Counted from the stretch's first letter, positions 41,021-52,329 are shown. The stretch: DNA of 64,000 bases from an uncultured Bdellovibrionales bacterium (GCA_964605525.1 CAZSCV010000004.1:38667-102666); one strand, 5' to 3'. The notes: generated from the letters alone by a model not told the origin. Translations and numbers: made by a program.

Positions 41021-41956
41021 TCAAATCAATAAGCTTTCAAAATCCTCCGGAATTGGAGCGGTAAAAAGATAATCCTTTCCGAAAAGTTCCAGCTTTATCT
41101 CTTTGGCGTGAAGCATTTGCCGCAATGCCGAAGGAAATTCCGGCGTGGCAAATATCTTCTTTCGATACAGCCTGTCCCCAATCAAAGGATGGCCAATAGA
41201 GAAAAGATGAATCCGAATCTGGTGCATTCGCCCGGTTTTCGGTCGCGCTTCCACCAAAGAATAATTTTCAAACTCTTGCACAACCTCATAATCAGTTATT
41301 GCTGTCCTTATTTTTGTTTTCGTTTTTTTGCTGGCAATAACTTGTCTTCTGTAAGTTGATGACCTGGCAATATCCGCATCAATCGTTCCCTTCTTTTTTT
41401 CCAATTTTCCAAAAACCAAAGCCAGATATTTTTTTTCAATTTCATGCTTGGAAAATTTCTCTTTCAATGCTTCAAAAGCTTTTTGATTGCGAGCAACTAT
41501 TATTACTCCGGATGTATCCTTGTCCAAGCGATGAACAATGCCGGGACGCAAGAAGGAATCCACTGCCCCATCTCCAATATCTGTCAGTTCAGGATATTTT
41601 GCTAAAAGCCCCCCAACCAAAGTATCATTCTCATCTTCCCCGCTATCTGGATGAATTTTGATTCCAGCTCGCTTATTCACGGCGATAATATTCTCATCCT
41701 CAAAAATAATCTCCAATTTGATATTCGGAGTGGCTTTTGTCTTTTTATTTTTCTGAGCAACATCCACAGACACCACATCTCCTTCCTTCAAAACATATCC
41801 GGATTTCACAATTGCCCCATTTACTTTCACATCACCCTTTTTGATTGCACGCGAAAAATCCGCCCGAGAAAATTCCGGATCAATTTTCAAATTGACAAGC
41901 GCCTTGTCAATTCTCTTTCCTGATTGATCTCTTTCAATTTCAAATTCTTTCTTCAT
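41021..41956 (-). CDS. RluA/RluD family pseudouridine synthase with S4 domain
   Basis: RIDKAL (S4), GIVHRLDKDTSG, TGRMHQIRIH, LHA. Confidence 0.92.
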   Translation of the reverse strand: MKKEFEIERDQSGKRIDKALVNLKIDPEFSRADFSRAIKKGDVKVNGAIVKSGYVLKEGDVVSVDVAQKNKKTKATPNIKLEIIFEDENIIAVNKRAGIKIHPDSGEDENDTLVGGLLAKYPELTDIGDGAVDSFLRPGIVHRLDKDTSGVIIVARNQKAFEALKEKFSKHEIEKKYLALVFGKLEKKKGTIDADIARSSTYRRQVIASKKTKTKIRTAITDYEVVQEFENYSLVEARPKTGRMHQIRIHLFSIGHPLIGDRLYRKKIFATPEFPSALRQMLHAKEIKLELFGKDYLFTAPIPEDFESLLI

Positions 41957-42194
41957 AAGCTCATCCTACGCTACCCACACAGCAAATGCAACCAATCCAA
42001 CAAATACTTGACAAACTCCTTTTTTACCTATACTCTTATTTATAGAAATAATTATTAAGAAAATTGAATATCGGGATGATTTAATCCCTTTGGTTTTCTT
42101 GATAATTTCCCTTATTTTTAACGGGAAATTTTTGTTTTATGCGCTTTTAATATTTAAATGGCAAAGTGGCGCGATTGCCAAAACATTCAATAAA

Positions 42195-43505
42195 ATGGCT
42201 AAAAAGAATATTTTGGACAAATTGGCGGAAGAAGTGGACAAAATCAAAACCACCACCAAGCCAAAAGCAAGCAAAGAAGAAAAAGAACAGGAGGAGAAAA
42301 AACCGGCTAAAAAATCAATTTCTTCCAAAAAAGCGGAAGATGTTGAAGCAGAAGATTTATCTCCTATGGGAAAACTTCTTGCGGAAAATCCGATTGAAAT
42401 TCCCGAACTCGGAGACACATTAGAAGGAATCGTTATTGAGGCATCATCCAGTTTGGTTCTTTTGGACTTGGGAGCGTTGGGAACCGGAATCGTTCTCGGA
42501 AAAGAATCCCGCGACGGAATGGGCGCTTCTCGAAAACTCAAACCCGGGGACACAATTGCCGCAACCATAATTGATCTTGAAAACGAAGACGGATATATTG
42601 AACTTTCCATCCGGGAAGCTTCCCATGAAAAATCCTGGGATGATCTTGAATCAAAAAGTGATACCGAGGAAGTTGTCAAAACAAAAATCCTGGATGCCAA
42701 TAAAGGAGGGCTTATGGTGGAACTCAATGGAGTCAAGGGATTTTTGCCAGTTTCACAGCTTTCCAGCGAACATTATCCCCGCGTTGAAGATGGGAACAAA
42801 AACCGCATCCTCGAACTTCTCAAGGCTTACGTTGGTCAAGAATTTTCCGTCAAAATAATCGACACTAATCGTGAAGATGAAAAATTGATTGTCAGTGAAA
42901 AAGCCGCGATGAGCGAAAAAGAGAGAGAGGTTATTTCCGAACTCAAAATTGATGACATTGTCGAAGGAGAAATCAGCGGAGTTGTCGATTTCGGAGCCTT
43001 CATCAAATTCCTTCCGGAAAGCAAGGCTGGCAGCAAGAAAGACAGCGACAAACTTGAAGGCTTGGTTCATATTTCCGAATTGGCTTGGCAGCTTATCAAT
43101 AATCCAAGAGAAGTAGTCAAGGTTGGAGATAAAGTAAAAGCTAAGATCATCGGAATTGACGATACTAGAATCTCTCTCTCTATTAGAGCATTGGAAAAAG
43201 ATCCTTGGGGGGAAGCCGCTGGAAAATACAAAGTCGGCGAAACATACAAAGGAAAAGTTGACAAAATCAACCACTTTGGAGCCTTCGTTTATTTAGATGA
43301 CAATATTCACGGCTTGGCTCACATCAGTGAATTCCAAGAAACCCACCCGGGAAAGAAAATGGAAAATGCCATCAAAATTGGCAATAGCTATAGCTGGAAA
43401 ATTCTTTCCATTGAACCAAAAAACCACCGCATGGGACTAATCCTAATGGACGGAAAAGAAGGTGAAAGTAAGAAGGAAGCAAAAGAAGAAAAAGAAGCTG
43501 AGTAA
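42195..43505 (+). CDS. rpsA: 30S ribosomal protein S1
   Basis: Four S1 repeats: ANKGGL, GFLPVSQL, FGAF, EGLVHISEL. Confidence 0.88.
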   Translation: MAKKNILDKLAEEVDKIKTTTKPKASKEEKEQEEKKPAKKSISSKKAEDVEAEDLSPMGKLLAENPIEIPELGDTLEGIVIEASSSLVLLDLGALGTGIVLGKESRDGMGASRKLKPGDTIAATIIDLENEDGYIELSIREASHEKSWDDLESKSDTEEVVKTKILDANKGGLMVELNGVKGFLPVSQLSSEHYPRVEDGNKNRILELLKAYVGQEFSVKIIDTNREDEKLIVSEKAAMSEKEREVISELKIDDIVEGEISGVVDFGAFIKFLPESKAGSKKDSDKLEGLVHISELAWQLINNPREVVKVGDKVKAKIIGIDDTRISLSIRALEKDPWGEAAGKYKVGETYKGKVDKINHFGAFVYLDDNIHGLAHISEFQETHPGKKMENAIKIGNSYSWKILSIEPKNHRMGLILMDGKEGESKKEAKEEKEAE

Positions 43506-43596
43506 AATGAAAAACGCAATAAAAGCAGGCTTTGGCCTGCTTTTATTGCTATAAATATATTTGCAAGAAACGTCTTTTTCTGCTTATTTGAAAATT

Positions 43597-43884
43597 CTAC
43601 TGAGTAATCCTGTCTTCCATTTTCGCGGATATTATTTCAATGAGTCTTCTGTCATATCCGGATTCGGCTAATTTTTTAATCTCTTCTTCATTAAGTCCGA
43701 CAAACCCTCTTTCGCCGCCACTCATTATTTCTCTTATTTCTTCCGCCAGCTCGTGCCCTGATTCAATCATTTCATCCGCTCTTTTCTGCATTCTCTCCTC
43801 TTGAAGTTCCTGATGATTGCTGTTATTTTCTTTTCCTTGCGCCCCATACTCCGGACCAGAAACAATGTTCATATTTACTGGCAT
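43597..43884 (-). CDS. hypothetical protein
   Basis: 95-aa ORF filling the intergenic gap. Confidence 0.55.
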   Translation of the reverse strand: MPVNMNIVSGPEYGAQGKENNSNHQELQEERMQKRADEMIESGHELAEEIREIMSGGERGFVGLNEEEIKKLAESGYDRRLIEIISAKMEDRITQ

Positions 43885-43961
43885 ACGTTTTTTGTTATAA
43901 TTAGTTTATTATATTTTTATTATACAATATACATCACATTTAAGTAAATTAAAATAAATTT

Positions 43962-44519
43962 ATGATCATTACAATCACCGGAGAACCCGGATCGGGAAAA
44001 AGCACTGTCGGGAAAAAATTAGCAGAAAAACTTGAATATGAAAGGATATACATGGGGCAAATTTATCGAGATACTGCAAAGAAAAGAAACATGACCGTGG
44101 CAGAATTCTCCAAATATACACAAAATCACCCAGAAACTGACTTTGAAATCGACGAATATCAAAAAAAACTTGGTCAAGAAAAAGACAATTTTATTATCGA
44201 AGGGCGCACTAGCTGGTTTCTGATTCCTCATTCAGTTAAACTTTACATCACAGTAGCGCCACTAACCGGAGCACAGAGAGTGCACAAAGAACTACAAGGA
44301 CAGAATGATAGAAATGAAGATAGGAAGATAGACACAGTAGAAGATATATTAGACAGTCACAAAAGAAGAATGACAAATGACAAATCACGTTACCTAAAAT
44401 ATTATCAAAAGGATTGTTTTGATAAGAAAAACTTCGATTTTGTTATTGATACCACTGATTTAACTCCGGATGAAGTTTTTCAAAAAACTTGGGAATATAT
44501 TGAAAGCAAATTGCAATAG
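43962..44519 (+). CDS. cmk: cytidylate kinase (archaeal-type)
   Basis: ITITGEPGSGKST, EGR, D..RY.KYY, IDTT. Confidence 0.85.
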   Translation: MIITITGEPGSGKSTVGKKLAEKLEYERIYMGQIYRDTAKKRNMTVAEFSKYTQNHPETDFEIDEYQKKLGQEKDNFIIEGRTSWFLIPHSVKLYITVAPLTGAQRVHKELQGQNDRNEDRKIDTVEDILDSHKRRMTNDKSRYLKYYQKDCFDKKNFDFVIDTTDLTPDEVFQKTWEYIESKLQ

Positions 44520-44590
44520 AAAAATTATACGTATTCAAATAAAAATGCACCGTCTTTCCGAGAAATAATGAATTTAATACTCAGAAAAGA

Positions 44591-45562
44591 ATGATCAAAA
44601 ATATTCAAAACTTTGCTTTCCGAAAACAGCTTTGGAAAGAGGGCGACAAAATTATTGTTGCCGTTTCAGGTGGACCGGATAGCGTCTGCCTTTTGGATAT
44701 GCTTGCGTTTTTGGCTCCAAAATGCAACTTAAAATTGCATATCGCCCATATCAATTACGGTCTGCGGGGAAAAGACAGCGACAGCGATGAAGAATATGTC
44801 CGCCAGCTGGCAAAAAAATATTCCCTCCCGATCAGCGTTCTTAACGCCAAGAAAAATTCCCCGGCAAAAAAGGGAGAAAATCTGGAAAACAAACTCAGAA
44901 ACATTCGCTACGCTTTCTTTGAAAAAATCAGAAAACAAAAAAAATTTGATCTGATTGCCGTCGCCCACAATCAAGACGACTTGGCAGAAACCGTCCTAAT
45001 GCGCGTTTTGCGCGGTAGCGGATTGCAAGGGCTTTCTGCCATCTCCGCTAAAAATAAGCATATTATCCGCCCCCTACTGGCGACATCACGCAAAGAAATT
45101 GAAACATATTTGAAAGAAAAAAAAATCTATTATCGTATAGACAAGACCAACGCGGATATTGCTTTTTTTCGCAATAAAATTCGCCATCGCCTGATTCCAT
45201 ATTTGGAAAAAAATTTCAAAATATCCGTCAAAAAAAATCTCTCCACACTGGCGGAAACAGTTTCCGATGATTTTGAATACATTCAAAATTCCGCCCTCAA
45301 AGCAAGCGAAGGAATAACCGCCGGAAATTCCAAAAAAATTACAATTAAAATCTCTTCCCTACTTTCAATTCCCCTCTCTCTGCAAAGGCAAGTGCTTCGC
45401 GGAGTTATTACAGAGTTATCCGGATTGAAAAACATTGAGCTGGGAAATATCCAAGAGCTTCTCAAGATTGCTAACAGTAAAAAAAACAAACTTCAACAGG
45501 CAAGTTTCGGGGGGTTGAAAATCCAGCGGAAAGGTGATAGACTAACTTTGATAAAAATATAA
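44591..45562 (+). CDS. tilS: tRNA(Ile)-lysidine synthetase
   Basis: AVSGGPDS, AHNQDD.AET, IRPLL, RNKIR. Confidence 0.95.
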   Translation: MIKNIQNFAFRKQLWKEGDKIIVAVSGGPDSVCLLDMLAFLAPKCNLKLHIAHINYGLRGKDSDSDEEYVRQLAKKYSLPISVLNAKKNSPAKKGENLENKLRNIRYAFFEKIRKQKKFDLIAVAHNQDDLAETVLMRVLRGSGLQGLSAISAKNKHIIRPLLATSRKEIETYLKEKKIYYRIDKTNADIAFFRNKIRHRLIPYLEKNFKISVKKNLSTLAETVSDDFEYIQNSALKASEGITAGNSKKITIKISSLLSIPLSLQRQVLRGVITELSGLKNIELGNIQELLKIANSKKNKLQQASFGGLKIQRKGDRLTLIKI

Positions 45563-45582
45563 TTTATACTAAAAAATAAAAC

Positions 45583-47424
45583 ATGGACAAATTAACCAAA
45601 AATATCGGAATTATAATCATAATTTTTTTAGCTGTTTTCGGAATATCAATTCTTTTCAACTCTCCTGCCCAAAAGCCGGCGGAAATTTCCCTTAGTGAAT
45701 TGGCCAGCCAAATTAATAGCGGAAAAGTATCCTCAATAGCGGTAAAAAACAATACGCTTGAAATCGAACTTACGGACAAAACAAAAGAAAAGGCGGTTAA
45801 AGAAACTGACTCTTCGTTAACAGAATCGCTTGTTAATTACGGAGTTTCAACGGAAAAACTGCAGAATATAAAATTAGAAGTAAAAACAGACTCCGCCGCT
45901 TCTTCCTGGGCGGCCGCCATTCTTCCTTTTCTCTTGCCTTTCATTCTCATCGGCGCTTTCCTTTGGTTTATGATGCGCCAAGCGCAAAGAGGAAACTCAC
46001 AAGCTCTTTCTTTCGGCACCAGCCGAGCTCGCATGATTGATCCAAAAGACAAAAAAAATCGAATTACTTTTGCCGACGTCGCCGGAGCGCAGGAAGCGAA
46101 AGAAGAACTGATGGAAATTGTCGAATTTCTCAAGCACCCGAAAAAATTTCTGGAAATGGGAGCAAAAATTCCCAAAGGTGTTCTTTTGCTTGGTTCCCCC
46201 GGAACAGGAAAAACATTAATGTCCCGTGCTGTTGCCGGTGAGGCGCAAGTTCCATTTTTCAACATCAGCGGAAGCGAATTTGTGGAAATGTTTGTTGGAG
46301 TTGGCGCCAGCCGTGTTCGCGATCTTTTCAAACAAGCCAAGAAAAATGCGCCTTCCATTGTCTTTATTGATGAAATTGACGCTGTTGGACGGCATCGCGG
46401 AGCCGGACTTGGCGGAGGTCATGATGAACGAGAGCAAACTCTTAATCAAATACTAGTTGAAATGGACGGATTTGAAAACAATACCAGCGTGATTGTTATT
46501 GCCGCCACTAACCGTCCGGATGTTCTTGATCCTGCCTTGCTTCGTCCCGGACGCTTCGATCGCCGGGTAACAATGGATCTTCCTGATATAAAAGAAAGAG
46601 GGGCTATTTTGAGGATACACAGCAAAGGAAAACCTTTTGAAAGCGATGTCGATTTGAAAATTATCGCCCAAAGAACTCCCGGTTTTTCCGGAGCTGATTT
46701 GGCAAATCTTCTCAATGAAGCCGCTATTTTAACCACCAGGAGAAACAAAAAAATGATTAGCAATCAAGAATTGCGAGAATCAATCGAGAAAGTAATGCTT
46801 GGACCAGAAAGAAGAAGCCGGGCAATCAATAAAAAAGAGCAAGAAATTATTGCTTATCATGAAGCCGGCCACGCTTTGATTGCTTCTAGCTTGGAAAATG
46901 CCGACCCGGTACAAAAAATCTCCATCATTTCCCGCGGACGAGCCGGCGGATACACCATGTCTGTTCCGCAGGAAGACAAAAGATTGGAAAGCCGCGCGCA
47001 TTTCATTGATGAACTGGCGACGCTTTTGGGTGGATATGTAAGCGAAAAAATTACGCTTGGCGATATTACCACTGGAGCTTCCAATGATTTGGAAAGAGCT
47101 ACTCATCTTGCTCGCAATATGGTAACGCGATATGGAATGAGCGATTTGGGAGCGCGCACCTTTGGAAAAAAAGAGGAAATGATTTTCCTTGGACGGGAAA
47201 TGAGCGAAGAAAAAGATTATTCAGAAAGAACCGCGGACCAAATCGACAAAGAAGTTTCCAGATTAATTGAAGATGCCCGCCAAACAGCAGAGAATATTTT
47301 GATCAAAAGAAAAGATATTCTCAAAAAAATCGCCGATGAACTGCTTGAAAAAGAAACAATCGAAAAAGAAGAATACGACAAATTGATCGGAATAAAAGAA
47401 GAAAATCAAGAGGAAAAAGAATAA
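45583..47424 (+). CDS. ftsH: ATP-dependent zinc metalloprotease FtsH
   Basis: Two TM helices, [20 protein letters not shown]. Confidence 0.97.
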   Translation: MDKLTKNIGIIIIIFLAVFGISILFNSPAQKPAEISLSELASQINSGKVSSIAVKNNTLEIELTDKTKEKAVKETDSSLTESLVNYGVSTEKLQNIKLEVKTDSAASSWAAAILPFLLPFILIGAFLWFMMRQAQRGNSQALSFGTSRARMIDPKDKKNRITFADVAGAQEAKEELMEIVEFLKHPKKFLEMGAKIPKGVLLLGSPGTGKTLMSRAVAGEAQVPFFNISGSEFVEMFVGVGASRVRDLFKQAKKNAPSIVFIDEIDAVGRHRGAGLGGGHDEREQTLNQILVEMDGFENNTSVIVIAATNRPDVLDPALLRPGRFDRRVTMDLPDIKERGAILRIHSKGKPFESDVDLKIIAQRTPGFSGADLANLLNEAAILTTRRNKKMISNQELRESIEKVMLGPERRSRAINKKEQEIIAYHEAGHALIASSLENADPVQKISIISRGRAGGYTMSVPQEDKRLESRAHFIDELATLLGGYVSEKITLGDITTGASNDLERATHLARNMVTRYGMSDLGARTFGKKEEMIFLGREMSEEKDYSERTADQIDKEVSRLIEDARQTAENILIKRKDILKKIADELLEKETIEKEEYDKLIGIKEENQEEKE

Positions 47425-47450
47425 AAAAACAAGGAAAAACATCTAGTCCA

Positions 47451-47595
47451 GGGTAAAACACCAAAATATTTTTCTTACACTGTCTTTGTGCGATCAGGAC
47501 AAATTCTTCTCGCCCCAACTAATCGACGATTTAAAATAAATCTACAATAATTCCAAAAGGGACACTTGGAAGAAAAATATTTTGGTGTTTTACCC
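47451..47595. repeat. 145-bp hairpin element, divergent family member
   Basis: 26-bp perfect IR GGGTAAAACACCAAAATATTTTTCTT; inner GTCTTTGTGCG and CCAAAAGGGAC shared with the 26054 and 61117 copies. Confidence 0.8.
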
Positions 47596-47605
47596 GATAT
47601 CAAAA

Positions 47606-47679
47606 GGACGATTAGCTCAGCTGGTTAGAGCGTTGCATTGACATTGCAGAGGTCACTGGTTCGAGTCCAGTATCGTCCA
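47606..47679 (+). tRNA. tRNA-Val(GAC)
   Basis: GGACGAT...TGCA-TT-GAC-AT-TGCA...GGTTCGAGTCC. Confidence 0.95.
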
Positions 47680-47770
47680 CAAGAAAAAAGCCCGCAGTGA
47701 TTTCTCACTCGCGGGCTTTTTTTATTTCCTTAAGTCTTTATGTCTTATGTCTTATGTCCTTATGTCTGAA

Positions 47771-48232
47771 TTATTGCAATCGATCGCATACACCATCACT
47801 ATTGACATCGACAAATGCTTGTCCGCAACCTGTTCCATTCCCCCTGCCTTTTCCATCTCTCATCCCTTGTCCTTGTCCGGCGCCAACACCTTGTCCATCT
47901 CGAGTTCGCAGACCAAGTTCAGTGCGAATCTGATCAGCTTCGGCGAATTTTCCCTCTTCTGCCAAGCGATGCGCTTCGGCGAATTTTGCAAAATTTTGTT
48001 CGTTAACAACATTCATTACCCGACCCTGGAATTGATTTTGTTCCATCAATTTTTTCCATGCCTGATAATCATTGTTCTTAAATGCCTCCTCCATTGCATT
48101 GTGTCTTTCTTGGGAATAATTCGGTCCTTTTTGGGAATAATCCCCCCGATAAGCCTGGGAAACTGAGTAAGCTCCCGCTAAAATTACGGCCACCAGTACA
48201 GATGTTCCGATGATAAGTTTTTGATTACTCAT
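47771..48232 (-). CDS. secreted hypothetical protein
   Basis: Signal peptide, Gly-rich tail, FVDVNSDGVCD. Confidence 0.75.
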   Translation of the reverse strand: MSNQKLIIGTSVLVAVILAGAYSVSQAYRGDYSQKGPNYSQERHNAMEEAFKNNDYQAWKKLMEQNQFQGRVMNVVNEQNFAKFAEAHRLAEEGKFAEADQIRTELGLRTRDGQGVGAGQGQGMRDGKGRGNGTGCGQAFVDVNSDGVCDRLQ

Positions 48233-48327
48233 TGAGTTGCGATTTTAAATTTAATTATTATTTTTGTGAAAACGCGTTTTTCACTCACGAATTATATTAC
48301 GCCGAGTGCTTTTTTTTATTTCACAAA

Positions 48328-49104
48328 TCAATCATCCAATCCCTCGATCTCATCCTCTATCTGCATCATTTTTTGCGGAATTGGAGGTTTCCTGTCTTCA
48401 TATACCCCAATCCAAGGACGCACTTCTTTCCCATAAAAAATATGTTTTTCCTCATCTTCCGTTTCGCCCAAAACTTTTACTTGAGCGCCTTCTTCCTGAA
48501 TAATCCTCGGACGCCACAAAATATCATCTCCTTTTATTATCCAAACATTTCCATCAAAACCTTCAATTTCAAAATTATCTTTGCTTTCCAAAAAAATAAT
48601 CGTTCCGGCAATCAGCCCTATTTCCGGACGGCTCCAAACTTTCGCCCGGTATTCATCACTTCTTCCGTAATATGGAATTGAACGGGAAATACTTTTTTCA
48701 ACTTTCTCACTTAATCCTATTTGATAAAAAAGAACACCCAACGCAAGACTGAGGACAATACTAGCTCCGATGATGGCGCAAGGATTGGTGCGATATCCTT
48801 TTTTTGTGTGGCGGTAATTGTAAAATGACAAAAAAGAAACCCCCACCAGGGCGACTATCCAAAAAAATGGCAAGCTCATTGCCAGATATTCGGAAAAGTT
48901 TTCCCCGATTCGAGGATAAATATCCCAATCGCTGTTTATTAAAACAAATGCGGTACTTCCCACGGCAATTCCTCCAATAATAACGACTACGCCAAAAGAA
49001 ATCCAAACCAAATAATCTTTAACCAAAAACTTCCATTTCGGATCAGGGGTTATTTTTTCTTTCTTAATTTGTTCCAGCACCTTTCCGCTTATTTTTCCTT
49101 CCAT
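48328..49104 (-). CDS. membrane protein, possible anti-sigma factor
   Basis: Three TM helices; directly downstream of the ECF sigma gene. Confidence 0.65.
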   Translation of the reverse strand: MEGKISGKVLEQIKKEKITPDPKWKFLVKDYLVWISFGVVVIIGGIAVGSTAFVLINSDWDIYPRIGENFSEYLAMSLPFFWIVALVGVSFLSFYNYRHTKKGYRTNPCAIIGASIVLSLALGVLFYQIGLSEKVEKSISRSIPYYGRSDEYRAKVWSRPEIGLIAGTIIFLESKDNFEIEGFDGNVWIIKGDDILWRPRIIQEEGAQVKVLGETEDEEKHIFYGKEVRPWIGVYEDRKPPIPQKMMQIEDEIEGLDD

Positions 49105-49225
49105 TTTTTTACTTTTTAGGACTTACGCATTTAGATAATTTCGTATGGTTTTCCAAAAAAATATTTTTCCGGAAAACCGGGATTCTGATTATTTAATCGC
49201 GTGAGTCCTAACTTTTAACAAAAAA

Positions 49226-49807
49226 TTATACATCAATATTTTCTTTTTCAACAATATCCCGAAATTGTTTTTTCGCCCGTCGAATCAAAGTTCCCACTGT
49301 TCCCATCGGTTTTTTCAAAATATCTGAAATTTCCTGATAATCCTTATCTTCAATAAACTTCAAGACCAAAACTTCCCGATATTTTTCATCCATATTTTGA
49401 AGTATTTTTTCCACTTGCTTGGAATCAAATTTCTTTTCTAAATCCTTTGCCATATCTTCATCGCTGGAAACTATTTTCACCAATTCCTGAGCTTCTTCCG
49501 AGCGCACCATTTGCGGGCGACTCTTGGTCTTCCGCCAACTGCTGATTGTCTTATTATGTGCAATACGATAAATCCAAGAAGAAAATTTCAAGCCTTGGTC
49601 AAAATCATTCAAGTTCCGATAAACCGCCACGAAAATTTCCTGCAACAAATCTTCCACATCCTCTTTTGAAGAAGCGGAGATTCTTCGAATGTAGCGGGAC
49701 AATTTTTCTTCATATCTTTCAACTAAGCATTCATAAAAATCCTGGTTTTCCAAAGCAAGTAAAACAAGTTCTTCATCGGTTTTGTTTTCGCATTTTTCTC
49801 TGATCAT
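49226..49807 (-). CDS. ECF RNA polymerase sigma factor
   Basis: EDLLQEIF, FSSWIYRIAHN, YQEISDIL..P.GTV. Confidence 0.92.
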   Translation of the reverse strand: MIREKCENKTDEELVLLALENQDFYECLVERYEEKLSRYIRRISASSKEDVEDLLQEIFVAVYRNLNDFDQGLKFSSWIYRIAHNKTISSWRKTKSRPQMVRSEEAQELVKIVSSDEDMAKDLEKKFDSKQVEKILQNMDEKYREVLVLKFIEDKDYQEISDILKKPMGTVGTLIRRAKKQFRDIVEKENIDV

Positions 49808-49876
49808 AAATAGGTGCGGGTTAGTCAAAAAACTCAGACAAACTTATTCATAGTACGCATCAAAATAATATTTATT

Positions 49877-50362
49877 TCAAGAATTTAAAATGAAAATTGC
49901 GTAATTTAGATACGCGGCGAAGGTTGTCCAGGCGAGATATGGAACCAAAAGCCAAGCGGATTTTTTCTCCACTCTGGCAAAAGCAATGATGTTAAGAAAG
50001 ATCGCAATCCACAGTATTCCGATTTCCCGCAAAGCCAGCATCGGATTTTCCATGGCGAAAAACAGAACCGACCAAATGATATTGAAAAGCAGTTGCACAA
50101 AAAATATCCAAACCGCCCAAAAAATATCCCTTCCCGTCTCCTGCTTCCTCCAGACCTGATACAGCGCGATTCCCATCAGAACATACAAAACAGTCCATAC
50201 TGGGGCAAAAACCCAGCCTGGAGGGGTAATGGGTGGCACAGAAAGCGCTTGGTACCAAGTCGAGACGGAAGTGTTGGTGAAAATTGAACCCAAAAATCCG
50301 GCAAAAAGCGGAATGGCAATTGAAATGGCAAGTTTTGTTTTGTTCATTTTTGTTTTGTTCAT
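49877..50362 (-). CDS. TspO/MBR family protein
   Basis: WY..L..P..TPPGWVF.PVWT.LY; LLVPYLAW..FA. Confidence 0.93.
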   Translation of the reverse strand: MNKTKMNKTKLAISIAIPLFAGFLGSIFTNTSVSTWYQALSVPPITPPGWVFAPVWTVLYVLMGIALYQVWRKQETGRDIFWAVWIFFVQLLFNIIWSVLFFAMENPMLALREIGILWIAIFLNIIAFARVEKKSAWLLVPYLAWTTFAAYLNYAIFILNS

Positions 50363-50471
50363 TTTTTACTTTTTCATTCTACCATTTCCCCTAAATTTTA
50401 TCCACGCTATGCAATTTTTTTATTTTCCCCGATAAAAAAACGGGGTGCAAATTCTGCACACCCCGCATCAA

Positions 50472-51539
50472 TCAAAAAACTGTTGACAAATTCAATCCCA
50501 TCGCATTCGCTCTAAAGCGAAGTGTCTTCAATACCTTTACTTCAATCTGTCGAATGCGTTCACGGGTTAAATCAAATCTTTCACCTATCTCCTCGAGCGT
50601 ATATTCACGCTTATAACCATTGATTCCAAATCTCATAGAGATAATAATTCTATCCTTTTCTTCATTTAAAGAGCCCACCAATTCACAGACTGCTTCTTCT
50701 GCGCTACTTTGAGTGAAATATTCTTCTGGATTAGGAGCGTCTGAAGGAATAAATTCAATCAATTCCCCATCGTCGCTAAAAAGCATATCCAAAGAAATTT
50801 CTTTTAATTGCAAGGCCTCCTTAATTTTCTTTAAGGGCATTTTAGTTATTTTAGACAAAGCCTCATGCGAAGCAGACTCTCCATTTTCCAGTAATAGAGC
50901 AATTTTCTTTTTCAAGAAACTTGTCCTATTAAAAATATGCACTGGTTTTCTGATAATATCGCCGTATTTATCCATCATTGCGCGACTAATCGCCTGGCGT
51001 ATCCACCAAGCAGCCACCGTGGAAAATTTTACCCCTGCAGTTTCATCAAAAAAAACGGCGACTTTTTGAATACCCAGAAATCCTTCTTCAGCCAAATCGC
51101 GCTGAAGGTAATCATCATTTCCGGCATAACGATAAGCAATTTTTTTTACCAAATTTATATTTTTTAAATACAATTCGGAAATTCTTTCATGAATATAGCT
51201 AATCGTTATTTTCATAATATCCGCATCATCGAGAGCTTTGCCGGGAATATTCGCACTCGAAATTATTTCCAGCTCACTCCTGATACGCATCAAAAAATTG
51301 AAATGATAAAAATATCTTCTATCTTTACCATTCGTCAATAAGAAAGATTTTCCTCCAAATCTGCGCTTTCTTTCTGCCACTATTTTTTTCAATTCAGAAA
51401 AACAATTAAACCTATTTTTCTCAATAAGATGAATCAGGTAATCAAAACAAGATCTGATTTCTCTGCATAATTTCAGATTTTCAACATCATATCCTTCTTT
51501 CTTTTTTCTCCGCACCTTGGGAGAACTTTTCTTTTCCAT
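50472..51539 (-). CDS. divergent RpoD-like sigma-70 factor
   Basis: KFSTVAAWWIRQAI (region 2); TLEEIG.RF.LTRERIRQIE (region 4). Confidence 0.85.
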   Translation of the reverse strand: MEKKSSPKVRRKKKEGYDVENLKLCREIRSCFDYLIHLIEKNRFNCFSELKKIVAERKRRFGGKSFLLTNGKDRRYFYHFNFLMRIRSELEIISSANIPGKALDDADIMKITISYIHERISELYLKNINLVKKIAYRYAGNDDYLQRDLAEEGFLGIQKVAVFFDETAGVKFSTVAAWWIRQAISRAMMDKYGDIIRKPVHIFNRTSFLKKKIALLLENGESASHEALSKITKMPLKKIKEALQLKEISLDMLFSDDGELIEFIPSDAPNPEEYFTQSSAEEAVCELVGSLNEEKDRIIISMRFGINGYKREYTLEEIGERFDLTRERIRQIEVKVLKTLRFRANAMGLNLSTVF

Positions 51540-51667
51540 GGCCGCCCTCCTTTGGATTTTTTTATGGATTTAAGTTAAGGTACTGATTTGGAAGTATAGC
51601 AAACGAATACAAAAAGTCAACACAAAAACAGCCCCTGCTAGGCTGTTTTTATTGGTACTTCAATTTG

Positions 51668-51738
51668 TCGGAGTGCTGAGAATCGAACTCAGACTAAATG
51701 GTCCCAAACCACTCGTGCTGCCACTACACCACACTCCG
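51668..51738 (-). tRNA. tRNA-Pro(TGG)
   Basis: CGGAGTG...GTGG-TT-TGG-GA-CCAT...GTTCGATT. Confidence 0.93.
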
Positions 51739-51864
51739 TTATCTTTATCCTAACCAACTTCACCCATATTACTGGAAAAAAATCATTTCGTCAACCAAAA
51801 ACAAAATCCGCCTTATCGGCGGATTTTGTCGCTATCTTTTAATTCCGTACGGACTCAAAGATAT

Positions 51865-52146
51865 TTATTTTACAGCTTCTTTCAAAGCTTTTCCGGCTGT
51901 GAACTTAGGAACGGTCATCGCAGGAATATTGATACTTGCTCCTGTCTGAGGATTTCGTCCTACGCGAGCAGCTCTATTGGAAACCTTGAAGGTTCCGAAA
52001 CCTGTCAAAGTTACCTTGTTTCCTTTTCGAAGTTCTTCGGTGATCTTATCAACCATAGCCTCGATAATAGCTCCGATTTCTTTTTTAGAAACTTCTACTT
52101 TAGAAGCGATTGCATCTATCATAGCATCTTTGTTTACATTTTCCAT
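51865..52146 (-). CDS. hup: DNA-binding protein HU
   Basis: GFGTF, R.GRNPQTG, P.F.AGK.LK. Confidence 0.95.
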   Translation of the reverse strand: MENVNKDAMIDAIASKVEVSKKEIGAIIEAMVDKITEELRKGNKVTLTGFGTFKVSNRAARVGRNPQTGASINIPAMTVPKFTAGKALKEAVK

Positions 52147-52243
52147 AGTGTACACCTCCTTTCATTTTTAGTTTTTATATTCAACTCTAGTAATTTTACA
52201 ACTTTTCCCTAAAATAAAGCAAATTCAGTTATCCACAACGTAA

Positions 52244-52329
52244 AATCCAACGCAACGTCGGATCACGTTGCACAGCACCCTAGAATCCAACGCAACGTCG
52301 GATCACGTTGCACAGCACCCTAGAATCCA
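52244..52329. repeat. 40-bp tandem duplication with internal hairpin
   Basis: AATCCAACGCAACGTCGGATCACGTTGCACAGCACCCTAG twice, then AATCCA. Confidence 0.9.

Noticed and set aside
52229-52237. oriC, from DnaA box TTATCCACA (another at 6763-6771)
   Set aside because: Isolated single boxes, no cluster, and no dnaA or dnaN nearby.
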